A stretch of 64,000 nucleotides of DNA, from assembly GCA_963793865.1 (NCBI GenBank), contig CAWCBP010000011.1, positions 64,001-128,000 on the forward strand, given 5' to 3'. This DNA is from an uncultured delta proteobacterium (GTDB taxonomy: Bacteria > Desulfobacterota > WTBG01). The notes below the pieces were generated by a model. The model saw nothing but the letters and a program-made list of their open reading frames with translations, was not told the DNA's origin and did not search any database. A program made the translations under genes and the position numbers. How positions within the stretch are numbered: the first letter of the stretch is position 1; each line of letters starts with the position of its first letter. Below are positions 40,184 through 49,919 of the stretch, one piece after another.

Positions 40184-42832
40184 ATGGAAGTCATAACCAC
40201 CCATGTCAACGCGGACTTTGATGCCTTTGCCTCCATGGTGGCGGCGAAGAAGCTCTACCCTGATGCGGTGGTGGCATTTGCCGGGAGCCAGGAAAAAAGC
40301 CTGCGCGACTTCTTCCTCACCTCCGCCTACTATGCCTTCAAGTGGGAAAAGCTCAAAAACATCGATTTGAAAAAGATCACCCGGCTCATCCTGGTGGACA
40401 TCCGCCAGAAAAGCCGCATCGGGCAATTTGCCAGGGTTGCTGACCGGCCTGATGTTGATCTGCACATTTACGATCACCACCCCCCGGCGGATGATGACCT
40501 GCGCGGCTCCGTGGAAGTGGTGCAGGAGGTCGGGGCCACGACGACCGTTTTGTGCGGGCTGCTCAAGAAGAAAAAGATAGACATTCAGCCGGAAGAAGCA
40601 ACCATCATGATGCTCGGCATTTATGAGGACACCGGCAACCTTACCTTTCCCTCCACTACCAGGGAGGATTACCTGGCGGCGGCATATCTCAAGTCGAAAG
40701 GGGCGGACCTCAACCTGATCAGCGACATCCTGGTCAAGGGATTTACCGCCGAGCAGATTGCACTCTTGAACGAGCTGGTCGAGTCGGCTGCCACGTACCA
40801 AATCAACGGCATTGACGTGGTCGTGGCCAAGGTGTCCAGCAAGACCTATGTGAGCGATTTTGCCGTGCTGGTCCACAAGCTGCGGGAGATGGAGCGCTGC
40901 GATGTCTTGTTTGTGCTTGCCCGCATGGAGGACAGGGTTTACCTGGTGGCACGGAGCCGGAATCCTGAAGTGGATGTGGGCGACATCGCCAAGGAGTTCG
41001 GTGGGGGAGGGCACAGCAGCGCCGCCTCGGCAACCATACGGGATCAAACGCTGGTCCAGGTGGAGGAAAAGTTAAAGACCATTTTGCACAGCACCATTTC
41101 CCCTCCCCGGGTGGCGCGGGATTTCATGTCCTACCCGGTCAAAACGGTTGATGCCTCGGAAACCCTGAGCAGGGCCGGGCAGGTGCTTACCCGTTACAAC
41201 ATTAATGTGTTGCCGGTTCTGAAGGACGGGCAGCTTGCCGGACTGATATCGAGGCAGGTGATTGAAAAGGCGGCGCATCACGGCCTCAAGGACCTTCCGG
41301 TGGAAGAATATATGGTCAGGGAATTTTCCACCGTGGGTCCGCAAACCCCCTGGCCGTCCATTCAGCAGATCATCATCGAAGGCAACCAGCGGTTTCTCCC
41401 GGTCATCCAGAAGGGCAAGCTGATTGGAGGCATTACCCGGACCGATCTGCTGCGCGTGCTCCATGCTGATTTGGCCGAGGAGCCCCGGTATCTCTTCGAA
41501 GAGGGGGCGTATGCCTCGCGCAAGCAGAACAAGCTGATGGTAAACCAGCTGGAAGAGCACCTGCCGCCGCAGATGGTCCGCATGCTGCGGGAGCTGGGGG
41601 AAACCGCCGAAGCGATGGGAATGAATGCGTACATCATCGGTGGTTTTGTGCGGGATATTTTCCTGCGCCGTGACAACCTGGACGTCGACCTGGTCATTGA
41701 AGGGGACGGCATTGCCTTCGCGCAGAGAGTGGCCGCGCAGCACAAAGTGAAGGTGAAGGTGCACAGGACCTTCGGAACGGCGGTGCTCAGCCTTCCCGGC
41801 GGTTTCAAGGTGGACGTGGCCAGCGCGCGGCTGGAGTATTACGAGCGACCGGCGGCCCTGCCCCAGGTGGAGATGAGCTCCATCAAGCTTGATCTCTACC
41901 GGCGCGATTTTACCATCAACACCCTGGCCATCAGGCTCAACCCCGCCTACTTCGGGGAGCTGATCGATTTTTTCGGGGCGCGAAAGGACATCAAGGAAAA
42001 AACCATCCGGGTGATCCACAATTTGAGCTTTGTGGAGGACCCCACCCGGATATTGCGGGCAATCCGCTTCGAGCAGCGCTTCGGGTTCCATCTGGGCAAG
42101 CTCACCCAGAGCCTGATCGAAAACGCGGTCAAGTTTAATTTTCTGGAGCGGCTGGACGGGCGGCGCCTGCTTGCGGAGCTGATGCTCATGCTGCAGGAGG
42201 AAGAGGTGATCTTGAACCTTGAGCGGATGCAGGCGCTGTCGGTGCTTTCCTGCATCCATCCCGCGCTTACGTTTGACAGGGCGCGTAAGGCCCTGTGCGA
42301 AAGAGTCAAAGAGGCCATCAGGTGGTATGAGCTCTCCTTTCTGGAGGACGGCTACGCCCAGTGGAAAATATACTTTATGGCCTTAATCGACGGATTGTTG
42401 AAAAGCGAGGTGGTGAACGTGTGCCGGCGTCTCTTTTTCAGCGAAAAGGAGGGGCGGGAACTACTCGCCAACCGTGAGCAGATAAAGAACGTCCTGGTAA
42501 AAATGGCGCGGCGAAAAACGCTCGGCACCAGCGAGCTCTACCACCTCCTGAAGCCCCTCTCCGCGGAATGCCTCATCTACCTGATGGGCAGGGTCACCAG
42601 GAGAGAGGCGCAGAAGGCCATCTCAACCTTTGTGACCCACCTGCGGCACACCGCCATTGAAACCGGGGGGGAGGATTTGAAGAAGCTGGGACTCCAGCCC
42701 GGCAGGCTCTACAAGAAAATTCTGGAGAGCCTGCTTGATGCCCGGCTCGAAGGAAAGGTCCAGACCAAGGCCGACGAACTGGACTATGTGCAGAGGCACT
42801 TTTTAAGCGGCGGCTCCGCTCATGCTGATTGA
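40184..42832 (+). CDS. DHH/DHHA1-CBS-tRNA nucleotidyltransferase (probable A-adding enzyme)
   Basis: THVNADFDA, YDHH, GGGGH, two CBS domains, GGFVRD, LDVDL, DLYRRDFTIN, EDPTRILRAIRF. Confidence 0.9.
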   Translation: MEVITTHVNADFDAFASMVAAKKLYPDAVVAFAGSQEKSLRDFFLTSAYYAFKWEKLKNIDLKKITRLILVDIRQKSRIGQFARVADRPDVDLHIYDHHPPADDDLRGSVEVVQEVGATTTVLCGLLKKKKIDIQPEEATIMMLGIYEDTGNLTFPSTTREDYLAAAYLKSKGADLNLISDILVKGFTAEQIALLNELVESAATYQINGIDVVVAKVSSKTYVSDFAVLVHKLREMERCDVLFVLARMEDRVYLVARSRNPEVDVGDIAKEFGGGGHSSAASATIRDQTLVQVEEKLKTILHSTISPPRVARDFMSYPVKTVDASETLSRAGQVLTRYNINVLPVLKDGQLAGLISRQVIEKAAHHGLKDLPVEEYMVREFSTVGPQTPWPSIQQIIIEGNQRFLPVIQKGKLIGGITRTDLLRVLHADLAEEPRYLFEEGAYASRKQNKLMVNQLEEHLPPQMVRMLRELGETAEAMGMNAYIIGGFVRDIFLRRDNLDVDLVIEGDGIAFAQRVAAQHKVKVKVHRTFGTAVLSLPGGFKVDVASARLEYYERPAALPQVEMSSIKLDLYRRDFTINTLAIRLNPAYFGELIDFFGARKDIKEKTIRVIHNLSFVEDPTRILRAIRFEQRFGFHLGKLTQSLIENAVKFNFLERLDGRRLLAELMLMLQEEEVILNLERMQALSVLSCIHPALTFDRARKALCERVKEAIRWYELSFLEDGYAQWKIYFMALIDGLLKSEVVNVCRRLFFSEKEGRELLANREQIKNVLVKMARRKTLGTSELYHLLKPLSAECLIYLMGRVTRREAQKAISTFVTHLRHTAIETGGEDLKKLGLQPGRLYKKILESLLDARLEGKVQTKADELDYVQRHFLSGGSAHAD

Positions 42833-42982
42833 CAGGCCCCGGTTAATCTGATAAATACTGTGACCGTTGATCTCCGGCCGGCCTGGCGGAGGGGCGATTG
42901 AAGCGTACCGGTTATCGATATGACGGAAGCGCGCGGGGACGGATCCGGCTTTTGAGCGCGCGGCTGCCTGTCAGGGGAGAAG

Positions 42983-43975
42983 GTGATTGTGTCTAAACAG
43001 AGAGTGCTGAGCGGAATGCGGCCCACGGGCAAACTGCATCTGGGCCATTTGCATGGGACGCTCGACAACTGGGTGAAGCTGCAGGACAACTATGACTGTT
43101 TTTTCTTCATTGCCGACTGGCATGCCCTGACCAGCGAGTATGAAAATACCGGGGTGATCAGGGAAAGCATTCCCGGGATGGTCATTGACTGGCTCAGCGC
43201 GGGCATTGACCCGGAGAAGAGCACCCTGTTTATTCAAAGCAGGCTCCTGGAGCACGCCGAACTGCATCTCCTGCTTTCAATGATTGTGCCTCTTCCCTGG
43301 CTGGAGAGAAACCCGACCTACAAGGAGCAGCAGGACGAGCTGGCGGGCAGGGACCTCACCACCTACGGCTTTCTCGGCTATCCGGTTCTGCAGGCCGCGG
43401 ACATCATAATGTACAAGGCCAACAAGGTGCCGGTGGGCAAGGATCAGGTTCCCCACCTCGAACTCACGCGGGAAATCGTGCGCCGATTCAATTATCTCTA
43501 CGGCGAGGTTTTCCCGGAGCCGGAACAGATTCTCACCGAAATGTCCAAGGTGCTGGGGATTGACCGGCGCAAGATGAGCAAATCATACAACAATGCCATC
43601 TATCTCTCTGATGAGCCGGATGTGATCAGGCAGAAGGTCTCACAAATGATTACCGATCCCCAGCGGATGCGCAGAAATGATCCGGGGAATCCGGAGATTT
43701 GCAATGTTTTTTCCTTTCACAACCTCTACAGCCCGGCTGACCTCATCAGCTCGGTTGACCGGGAATGCAGAAGGGCAGGCATCGGGTGCGTTGAATGCAA
43801 GGGAAAGATGGTGGAAAACCTCATTGCCTTCCTGACCCCTTTCAGGGAAAAGAGGGCCTACTACCTCTCACACGCTTCCAGGGTCAATGAGATACTGGAG
43901 GAAGGCATCAGCAGGGCCAGGCTGACCGCCGCCCGGACCATGGATGAGGTGCGGGAGGCAGTCAAGATTAAATAG
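42983..43975 (+). CDS. trpS: Tryptophan--tRNA ligase
   Basis: SGMRPTGKLHLGH, YPVLQAADI, VPVGKDQ, KMSKS. Confidence 0.97.
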   Translation: MIVSKQRVLSGMRPTGKLHLGHLHGTLDNWVKLQDNYDCFFFIADWHALTSEYENTGVIRESIPGMVIDWLSAGIDPEKSTLFIQSRLLEHAELHLLLSMIVPLPWLERNPTYKEQQDELAGRDLTTYGFLGYPVLQAADIIMYKANKVPVGKDQVPHLELTREIVRRFNYLYGEVFPEPEQILTEMSKVLGIDRRKMSKSYNNAIYLSDEPDVIRQKVSQMITDPQRMRRNDPGNPEICNVFSFHNLYSPADLISSVDRECRRAGIGCVECKGKMVENLIAFLTPFREKRAYYLSHASRVNEILEEGISRARLTAARTMDEVREAVKIK

Positions 43976-44075
43976 AGAGGCGTTGCAGCGTTTTCATGTA
44001 GCCGCACTCTGAGATATTTGAACGGGTTTCAAGCTTTGATTCTATCAATGAACGACATGTTTAAAAAATAAGATA

Positions 44076-44183
44076 GTCGTATGCGAGATGTCCCGCTTGG
44101 GCGGGACGACGAAGCAATCTCTGTTTAGCACAATGCAAGCAATCTCATTAGATTGCTACGTCGCTTGCGCTCCTCGCAATGAC
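44076..44183. repeat. Inverted REP-like doublet (GTCATTGCGAG...GCAATCT family)
   Basis: GTCGTATGCGAG...GAAGCAATCT and AGATTGCTACGTCGCTTGCGCTCCTCGCAATGAC. Confidence 0.7.
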
Positions 44184-44306
44184 CATGTGGTTTGGTCGTT
44201 TACCGTAGAGTTATCAAACCCGAGAGTATATACTCTTAGATTTGCACAGTATCAAGAATCTTAAAGACACAACTGATAATATTTTACTCCTCCGGTGAAA
44301 CCGCCA

Positions 44307-45056
44307 ATGCAGTACCAGGTAAAGCTTGATATTTTTGAAGGGCCGCTGGATCTTCTCCTCTACCTCATCAAGAAAAACGAGGTGGATATTTACGATATTC
44401 CCATGGCCCTCATTACCGGCCAGTATCTTGAATACCTGGAGCTGATGAAGGAGCTCAACCTGGACATTGCCGGCGAGTTCCTGGTCATGGCATCGACGCT
44501 CATCAAGATCAAGTCACAGATGCTGCTGCCTCCCGTGGAGGGCGAAGGGGAGGGTGAGGATGAGACGGATCCCCGGGCGGAACTGATGGAACACCTGCTT
44601 GAGTATCAGCGCTATAAGGAGGCCGCCCATCAGCTGGTCACCAGGGAATTGCTTGAAAAGGACATCTTTAAGCGGCCTCAGACAGAAGATCCCGGCGAGG
44701 TAAAAGTCGATGGAGACATGCTGATAGAAGCGAGCCTGTTTGACCTGGTCGATGCCCTGAGAAAGGTGATCGAAAGAAAGGACCTCCCCGAAAACATCAT
44801 GGGGGTGGCGGTTGAAAAAATGACCGTGCGGGACAAGATCGTTTCCATTCTGCAGCAGCTCAGGGAAACGCCGCAGCTTGTTTTTCAATCCCTCTTTGAT
44901 CCCCTGGTAACCAGATACGAAATTGTTGTTGCCTTCCTGGCAGTGCTGGAGCTGATACGGCTGCGGGCAATCCGGGTTTTCCAGGTGCAGCCCTATGGTG
45001 AAATACGCATTGTCGCCCTGGCCGGCCAGGTGCCACTCGATGATATCAGTTCATGA
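44307..45056 (+). CDS. scpA: Segregation and condensation protein A
   Basis: FEGPLDLLLYLI, GEFLVMASTL, DPRAEL, FLAVLEL. Confidence 0.95.
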   Translation: MQYQVKLDIFEGPLDLLLYLIKKNEVDIYDIPMALITGQYLEYLELMKELNLDIAGEFLVMASTLIKIKSQMLLPPVEGEGEGEDETDPRAELMEHLLEYQRYKEAAHQLVTRELLEKDIFKRPQTEDPGEVKVDGDMLIEASLFDLVDALRKVIERKDLPENIMGVAVEKMTVRDKIVSILQQLRETPQLVFQSLFDPLVTRYEIVVAFLAVLELIRLRAIRVFQVQPYGEIRIVALAGQVPLDDISS

Positions 45057-45114
45057 AAGTGAAGATACACATTCCCGCAGGCCGGAAGGCCATGAGCAAT
45101 AAGAAGGAGCGGCT

Positions 45115-45783
45115 TTGGAAGAGGATAGCAGGGTAGAACAGACGGTAATACCAACTGAAAACGCGGAACAGGCGGCAGAGCAAACTGCTGAGCAAGCAGC
45201 ACAAACGGCCGATGCAACCGATCCGGGTAAAGAGCGGTTAAAATGCATCATCGAGTGCCTGATTTTTGCCTCTGATATCCCGCTCACCATAGACAGGATA
45301 AAGCAGGTTCTGGAAGATCTGGCGCCCAGGCAGATCAGAGGGCTGGTTGAAGAGCTGATCGAGGACTACCGGACGAGCCCGCGGGGGATTTATATCAGGG
45401 AAGTTGCCCACGGCTTCCAGTTCTGTACCAGGCCTGAGTATGCATCTTTGGTGCATCAGCTGAGAAAATCGAAGCCGTATCATCTTACCCAGCCCACCCT
45501 GGAGACGCTGGCGATTATCGCCTACAAGCAGCCGGTCACCAAGGCCGAGATCGAGCTGGTGCGGGGGGTTGATTGCGCCGGGGTGGTAAAGTCGCTGATG
45601 GATAAAAACCTGGTTGCCATCCAGGGCAGAAAAGAGGTCATCGGCAGGCCCTTCCTCTATGCCACGACACAGAAATTTCTTGAAGTCTTCGGGCTGGAAA
45701 CGCTCGCAAGTTTGCCGACCATAGAAGAAATAAAGCAGCTCGGTGATGCCGCTCTCCCGGTTGCTGAAGAGGATACCCAATAG
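45115..45783 (+). CDS. scpB: Segregation and condensation protein B
   Basis: LETLAIIAYKQPVTKAEIE, GRPFLYATT, FLEVFGL. Confidence 0.95.
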   Translation: MEEDSRVEQTVIPTENAEQAAEQTAEQAAQTADATDPGKERLKCIIECLIFASDIPLTIDRIKQVLEDLAPRQIRGLVEELIEDYRTSPRGIYIREVAHGFQFCTRPEYASLVHQLRKSKPYHLTQPTLETLAIIAYKQPVTKAEIELVRGVDCAGVVKSLMDKNLVAIQGRKEVIGRPFLYATTQKFLEVFGLETLASLPTIEEIKQLGDAALPVAEEDTQ

Positions 45784-45794
45784 CTCCTATTGCC

Positions 45795-46523
45795 ATGCAG
45801 GAAAGACTGCAAAAAGTGATTGCCCGGGCGGGCATAGCCTCCAGAAGGGATGCCGAGCGCCTCATAAGGGAAGGGCGGGTAACGGTAAACCGGAGCACCG
45901 TCACTGAACTGGGCACGAAGGTTGATCCCGCGAGTGATGTGATCGCGGTTGACGGGAAAAAGCTTGCCGGCCCGCCGGCTCATCTCTACATCCTGCTGCA
46001 TAAGCCTCACGGGTATGTTTCCACCCTGCGCGATCCCGAGAAGCGGCCCATTATCCTGGATTTGCTCCGCGGCGTCAAGGCCAGGGTTTTCCCGGTGGGA
46101 AGACTGGACTATGACGCGGAAGGTCTTCTGCTGCTGACCAATGATGGTCCGCTGACCCACAGGCTGCATCATCCCCGCTACGGCATCAAGCGTACCTACG
46201 AGGTCAAGGTAAAGGGCGTTCCCTCTGAAGAGGCGCTGGACCATTTGCGCAAGGGCATACCGCTTGAGGACGGCATGACCCATCCCGCGCGCGTCGGGTT
46301 CCTGCGCAGTTCCATCAACAACAGCTGGATACGGATAACGCTCGGTGAAGGAAGGAACAGGCAGGTAAAGCGCATGTGCGCCTTCGTCGGCCACCCGGCC
46401 ATTAAAATAAAACGGGTGAGCTTTGGCTCCCTGAGGCTGGGCACGCTGGAGCCCGGCCGGCACCGGTATCTGACCAGGGAGGAAGTAAAGGAACTGTATA
46501 AGCTGGTTGCATTGAATACGTAA
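45795..46523 (+). CDS. rluB: RsuA/RluB-family rRNA pseudouridine synthase
   Basis: S4 domain ERLQKVIA...SRR, VGRLDYD, EGRNRQVKRM; follows scpAB. Confidence 0.88.
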   Translation: MQERLQKVIARAGIASRRDAERLIREGRVTVNRSTVTELGTKVDPASDVIAVDGKKLAGPPAHLYILLHKPHGYVSTLRDPEKRPIILDLLRGVKARVFPVGRLDYDAEGLLLLTNDGPLTHRLHHPRYGIKRTYEVKVKGVPSEEALDHLRKGIPLEDGMTHPARVGFLRSSINNSWIRITLGEGRNRQVKRMCAFVGHPAIKIKRVSFGSLRLGTLEPGRHRYLTREEVKELYKLVALNT

Positions 46524-46535
46524 GGAGGTTGACCG

Positions 46536-47387
46536 ATGCTCACCGCAGAAGGACTGAAAAAAGAACTGGCGGATTTGGAGAAGCGATACGTTGATCACCT
46601 GATCAAGCGTTTCGGCACGTGGGAGGTCTGGGCCGAGGCCTCGCAGAAAGTGGCCGATGGGAAGGAGGTCGGGGAGGACGAGGTCCCCGAGGCGTTTCGC
46701 GCGGAATTGAAAATGATGAAGGTGATTCTGGAGATGGAGGCGCTGGGTAAGTTTGACTGGAACAACCCCCGGCTGCGCGAGATCTTCGGTGAGATTGCCA
46801 GGGAGGAGTTTTACACCTTTTTCGGTGAAATGATCACCTCCATAGCCCTGCGCGTGGCACGGGAGGCAGGCGTCAAGACCTTTCTGGAAATCGGCGCAGG
46901 CAGGGCCAATTTGACGAAAATCATGCTGGAGCAGATGAGCAAGGCTGATGTAAATCTGCCCCTGGTGGTGACCGACGCGCAGCCGGTTGTGCTTGAGAAT
47001 GTGGGGCAGCTTAAAAGCAGCCATCCCCGGGCGGACGTCAGGACTGCCTTATGGAACATCATGGAGCCGCCCCCGGCCCAGCTGCTTGAGCAGCTCACCG
47101 GCCCGACACTGCTCTATGAGCGGTACACGCTGAACTACGCCGCCCTGAAGGCATTTGAGAATATTGCCCGGGTGGCGGACATCCTGATCCTGGGCGACTG
47201 GTTTAACCGTACCGGCAGGCTGTATGCCTACGATGAAGTCTTTAAAAGGATAGGGTCCCAGCCGCTCTTTTTCAAGGACGTGGAACCCCTGCTTGACAGG
47301 TATTTCCCCCATCGGTTAATCTTTGACCAGCGGGCCCAGGATGCCATCAAGCTTCCCAACATAACCATGCTCATTGCGTGGAAATAG
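46536..47387 (+). CDS. Hypothetical protein with SAM-methyltransferase-like motif
   Basis: AAGGAGG RBS; FLEIGAGRAN, VVTDAQ. Confidence 0.65.
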   Translation: MLTAEGLKKELADLEKRYVDHLIKRFGTWEVWAEASQKVADGKEVGEDEVPEAFRAELKMMKVILEMEALGKFDWNNPRLREIFGEIAREEFYTFFGEMITSIALRVAREAGVKTFLEIGAGRANLTKIMLEQMSKADVNLPLVVTDAQPVVLENVGQLKSSHPRADVRTALWNIMEPPPAQLLEQLTGPTLLYERYTLNYAALKAFENIARVADILILGDWFNRTGRLYAYDEVFKRIGSQPLFFKDVEPLLDRYFPHRLIFDQRAQDAIKLPNITMLIAWK

Positions 47388-47432
47388 TCCCGCGAAGGGG
47401 ACAAACCAATACCCTCTGATGTGTATCCGGTA

Positions 47433-48167
47433 ATGGACAAAAAGGAAGGAGAAAGCTATTTCATCGCCGACGTTCACCTGGAAAGGGATGAGCTGAAGAA
47501 GCGGATGCTGTTTCTCTCCTTTCTGGAGATGGTGGGCGCGGGAGGCGCCGACCTCTATATCCTCGGGGACCTCTTTGATTACTGGGCCAACAACCGGCAG
47601 GTGATAAAGGATCACCGCGAGGTGCTGGACGCCCTGCTTGAGCTGTGCGGCAAGGGCTCGAAGGTTTTCTTTCTTATCGGCAACCGCGACCTCCTCCTGG
47701 GGAAGAAAGTGCTCTCCCGCCATGGTGTCCATTTTCTGGGCGAGCGCACGACGCTTAAACTCCAGGGCAGGCGCCTCATGATAACCCACGGGCACCTTCT
47801 TTTAACCAATGATGCGCACTTCCAGCGATACCGGAGGACCGCTTGGCCCATCTATCGGATGCTCGACGCAGTCCTCCCTGGATGGATTGAAGACAGGCTC
47901 GCCCGGCGATTCATGCGCAGAAGTAAACAGGTGATTGAAGCCCAGGACCCCTGGAGATTCCAATTCCCCGATGAGACCATCAGAAAGACCTTTGCGGAGG
48001 GTGCCGACATGATTGTTTGCGGGCATACCCATTCCCCGCTGGTGAGGGAGTACGACGGAAGGAACACCTTTGTCGTGCTTCCCTGCTGGACCGCGGAAAA
48101 AGGGGGATACCTCCGCCTGAAGGACGGGCTTTATGAGGTGAGAGACTTTTTTGCCCATGCAAAATGA
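47433..48167 (+). CDS. lpxH: LpxH-like metallophosphoesterase (UDP-2,3-diacylglucosamine hydrolase)
   Basis: ADVHL, LGDLFDYW, GNRD, HG, GHTH. Confidence 0.75.
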   Translation: MDKKEGESYFIADVHLERDELKKRMLFLSFLEMVGAGGADLYILGDLFDYWANNRQVIKDHREVLDALLELCGKGSKVFFLIGNRDLLLGKKVLSRHGVHFLGERTTLKLQGRRLMITHGHLLLTNDAHFQRYRRTAWPIYRMLDAVLPGWIEDRLARRFMRRSKQVIEAQDPWRFQFPDETIRKTFAEGADMIVCGHTHSPLVREYDGRNTFVVLPCWTAEKGGYLRLKDGLYEVRDFFAHAK

Positions 48168-48239
48168 TGCTCAGCGCTTAAACTCGCGGTAAGCAGGACC
48201 GCGGACGGCACGCAGGCGCTCTATCATGGTAGAGGATGG

Positions 48240-48674
48240 ATGGCACGAGAAAAGCACTGCCGGGGATTTGCCTACCATTATGATCTGGGTTCAGTGAAGG
48301 TGGGCCGCCCCGTGCCCAAATCGACGGGCAAGGCTGCCCGGGTGTGGCTTGAGTACCTCGGGCTGTCCCGGATGCAGCTCATGCTCATCGGCCGTGAAAC
48401 CCACGATCCCCTGAGTTCAGGCAGCGGCTCAGCGCTCTTCAAGGGTGAAGAGATGCTGCCCCCCGGTGATGTTAAGAGAGTCATACACCGGGACTTTGAC
48501 TGCATCTGTATTATTATAGAAAATGACGTGGAAGGGAAATTGTTTAAAAAGCGGGACCGTCTGGCACGGGTTGTACTTCGAGAGCTGGTGCATGTTGCGC
48601 GCCCTGAGACAAGGGGCAATCCTGAAAGCTGTCTCAAAATGGTTGAGGATATTTTAGCGCGAACCGGGAGGTGA
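48240..48674 (+). CDS. Hypothetical protein
   Basis: Fills the gap and is coupled to the next gene; RELVH resembles a degenerate HExxH. Confidence 0.55.
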   Translation: MAREKHCRGFAYHYDLGSVKVGRPVPKSTGKAARVWLEYLGLSRMQLMLIGRETHDPLSSGSGSALFKGEEMLPPGDVKRVIHRDFDCICIIIENDVEGKLFKKRDRLARVVLRELVHVARPETRGNPESCLKMVEDILARTGR

Positions 48675-48677
48675 GGC

Positions 48678-49676
48678 ATGATGATGCATGAAGAATCGTG
48701 GAATGCCGAGAAGCTGTTAAGAACTTCGGGATCATACTGGGAAGCATGTACGCTGCACACGGCCGTGGCCATGGGGATTTTCAGCCTTCTGGGCAACGAG
48801 TATCTTGAGGCCGAAGATCTTGCGCAAAAAACCAATTCCAGCACGCGGGCCTTGAGCATGCTCCTCAATGCCCTGGCCGCCATGGGCTTGCTGATCAAGA
48901 CGGGTGAACGTTATGCCAATACCGCTGCCGCCAACACCTTTCTCAACAAGTCATCCCCGCACTACTGCGGCTATCTGATCGGCCACCACGAGCAGGCAGT
49001 GAAGGCCTGGGCCGATTTAGAACAGGCTGTGCGAAGCGGGAAGCCCCTGAAGCAGCAGCCGTACAATGAGGATGAGGAGCGTGAGAGTTTTTTGATGGGC
49101 ATGCATAACCTTGCCATGGCCATTGCCCCCGCCCTCTCGCAGCAGGTGGACCTCCGGGGCAGAAAGCACCTGATTGATGTGGGCGGCGGTCCCGGAACCT
49201 ACGCGATTTTTTTCTGCCTCGCCAATCCCCGTCTTAAGGCAACTGTCTTTGACCTTGAAGCCACCTCTCCCTTCGCCCTGCGCACCATAGAGCAGTTCGG
49301 GCTGCCGAACCGCATTGATTTCATGGCCGGTGATTACCTCCGGGAAGACATCCGCGGCTCCTATGATGTTGCCATGCTTTCTCACATTTTGCACGCGGAG
49401 GGGCCTGACACCTGCCAGGAGATTATTGAAAGAACCATGAAGGTGCTGGAGCCGGGCGGTCTGATTCTGGTCCATGAATTTATTCTCGGTGACACCCTTG
49501 ATCAGCCCCTTTTCCCGGCGCTGTTTTCGCTCAACATGCTGATCAATACCCCCGAGGGGCAGAGCTATTCAGAATCCCAGATTACGCAGATGTTAAGCGA
49601 TGCCGGTGTCAGGGATGTCACCAGATTGCTGTTCCGCGGCCCCAATGACTCGGGGGTGATTGCCGGGACGGTGTAA
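48678..49676 (+). CDS. O-methyltransferase (dimerisation + Methyltransf_2)
   Basis: IDVGGGPGTY, VFDL, AGDY, SHILH, LEPGG. Confidence 0.9.
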   Translation: MMMHEESWNAEKLLRTSGSYWEACTLHTAVAMGIFSLLGNEYLEAEDLAQKTNSSTRALSMLLNALAAMGLLIKTGERYANTAAANTFLNKSSPHYCGYLIGHHEQAVKAWADLEQAVRSGKPLKQQPYNEDEERESFLMGMHNLAMAIAPALSQQVDLRGRKHLIDVGGGPGTYAIFFCLANPRLKATVFDLEATSPFALRTIEQFGLPNRIDFMAGDYLREDIRGSYDVAMLSHILHAEGPDTCQEIIERTMKVLEPGGLILVHEFILGDTLDQPLFPALFSLNMLINTPEGQSYSESQITQMLSDAGVRDVTRLLFRGPNDSGVIAGTV

Positions 49677-49680
49677 GAGG

Positions 49681-49895
49681 GATCTGGGATGTGCGATGTG
49701 GGATATGGGACGAAAAACCGGTAGGAGCGGCTTTAGCCGCGACCGTGTTGCGAGTAAGATGTTGTGGGATATGCAAGGTATTAGATCTGTGATGAGTGAG
49801 CCAGGTGTCTTTATCGCATATCACAGATCTCACATCACATATCCATCTTTCCACAACGCATATCCCACATCACAGATCGCACATCTCATATCTTA
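49681..49895. repeat. Composite heptamer/REP element with inverted heptamer arms
   Basis: (GATGTGN)n, GTAGGAGCGGCTTTAGCCGCGA at 49721-49742, then complementary (NCACATC)n runs at 49814-49893. Confidence 0.8.
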
Positions 49896-49919
49896 ACCTA
49901 GGGGAAAGGAACTAGGCTC

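Noticed and set aside
45160..45215. AEQAAEQTAEQAAQT repeat in ScpB
   Set aside because: Ordinary low-complexity N-terminal extension.
40160..47024. Minus-strand ORFs 40160..41047, 41072..42259 and 45657..47024
   Set aside because: They overlap well-supported plus-strand genes and read as shadow frames.
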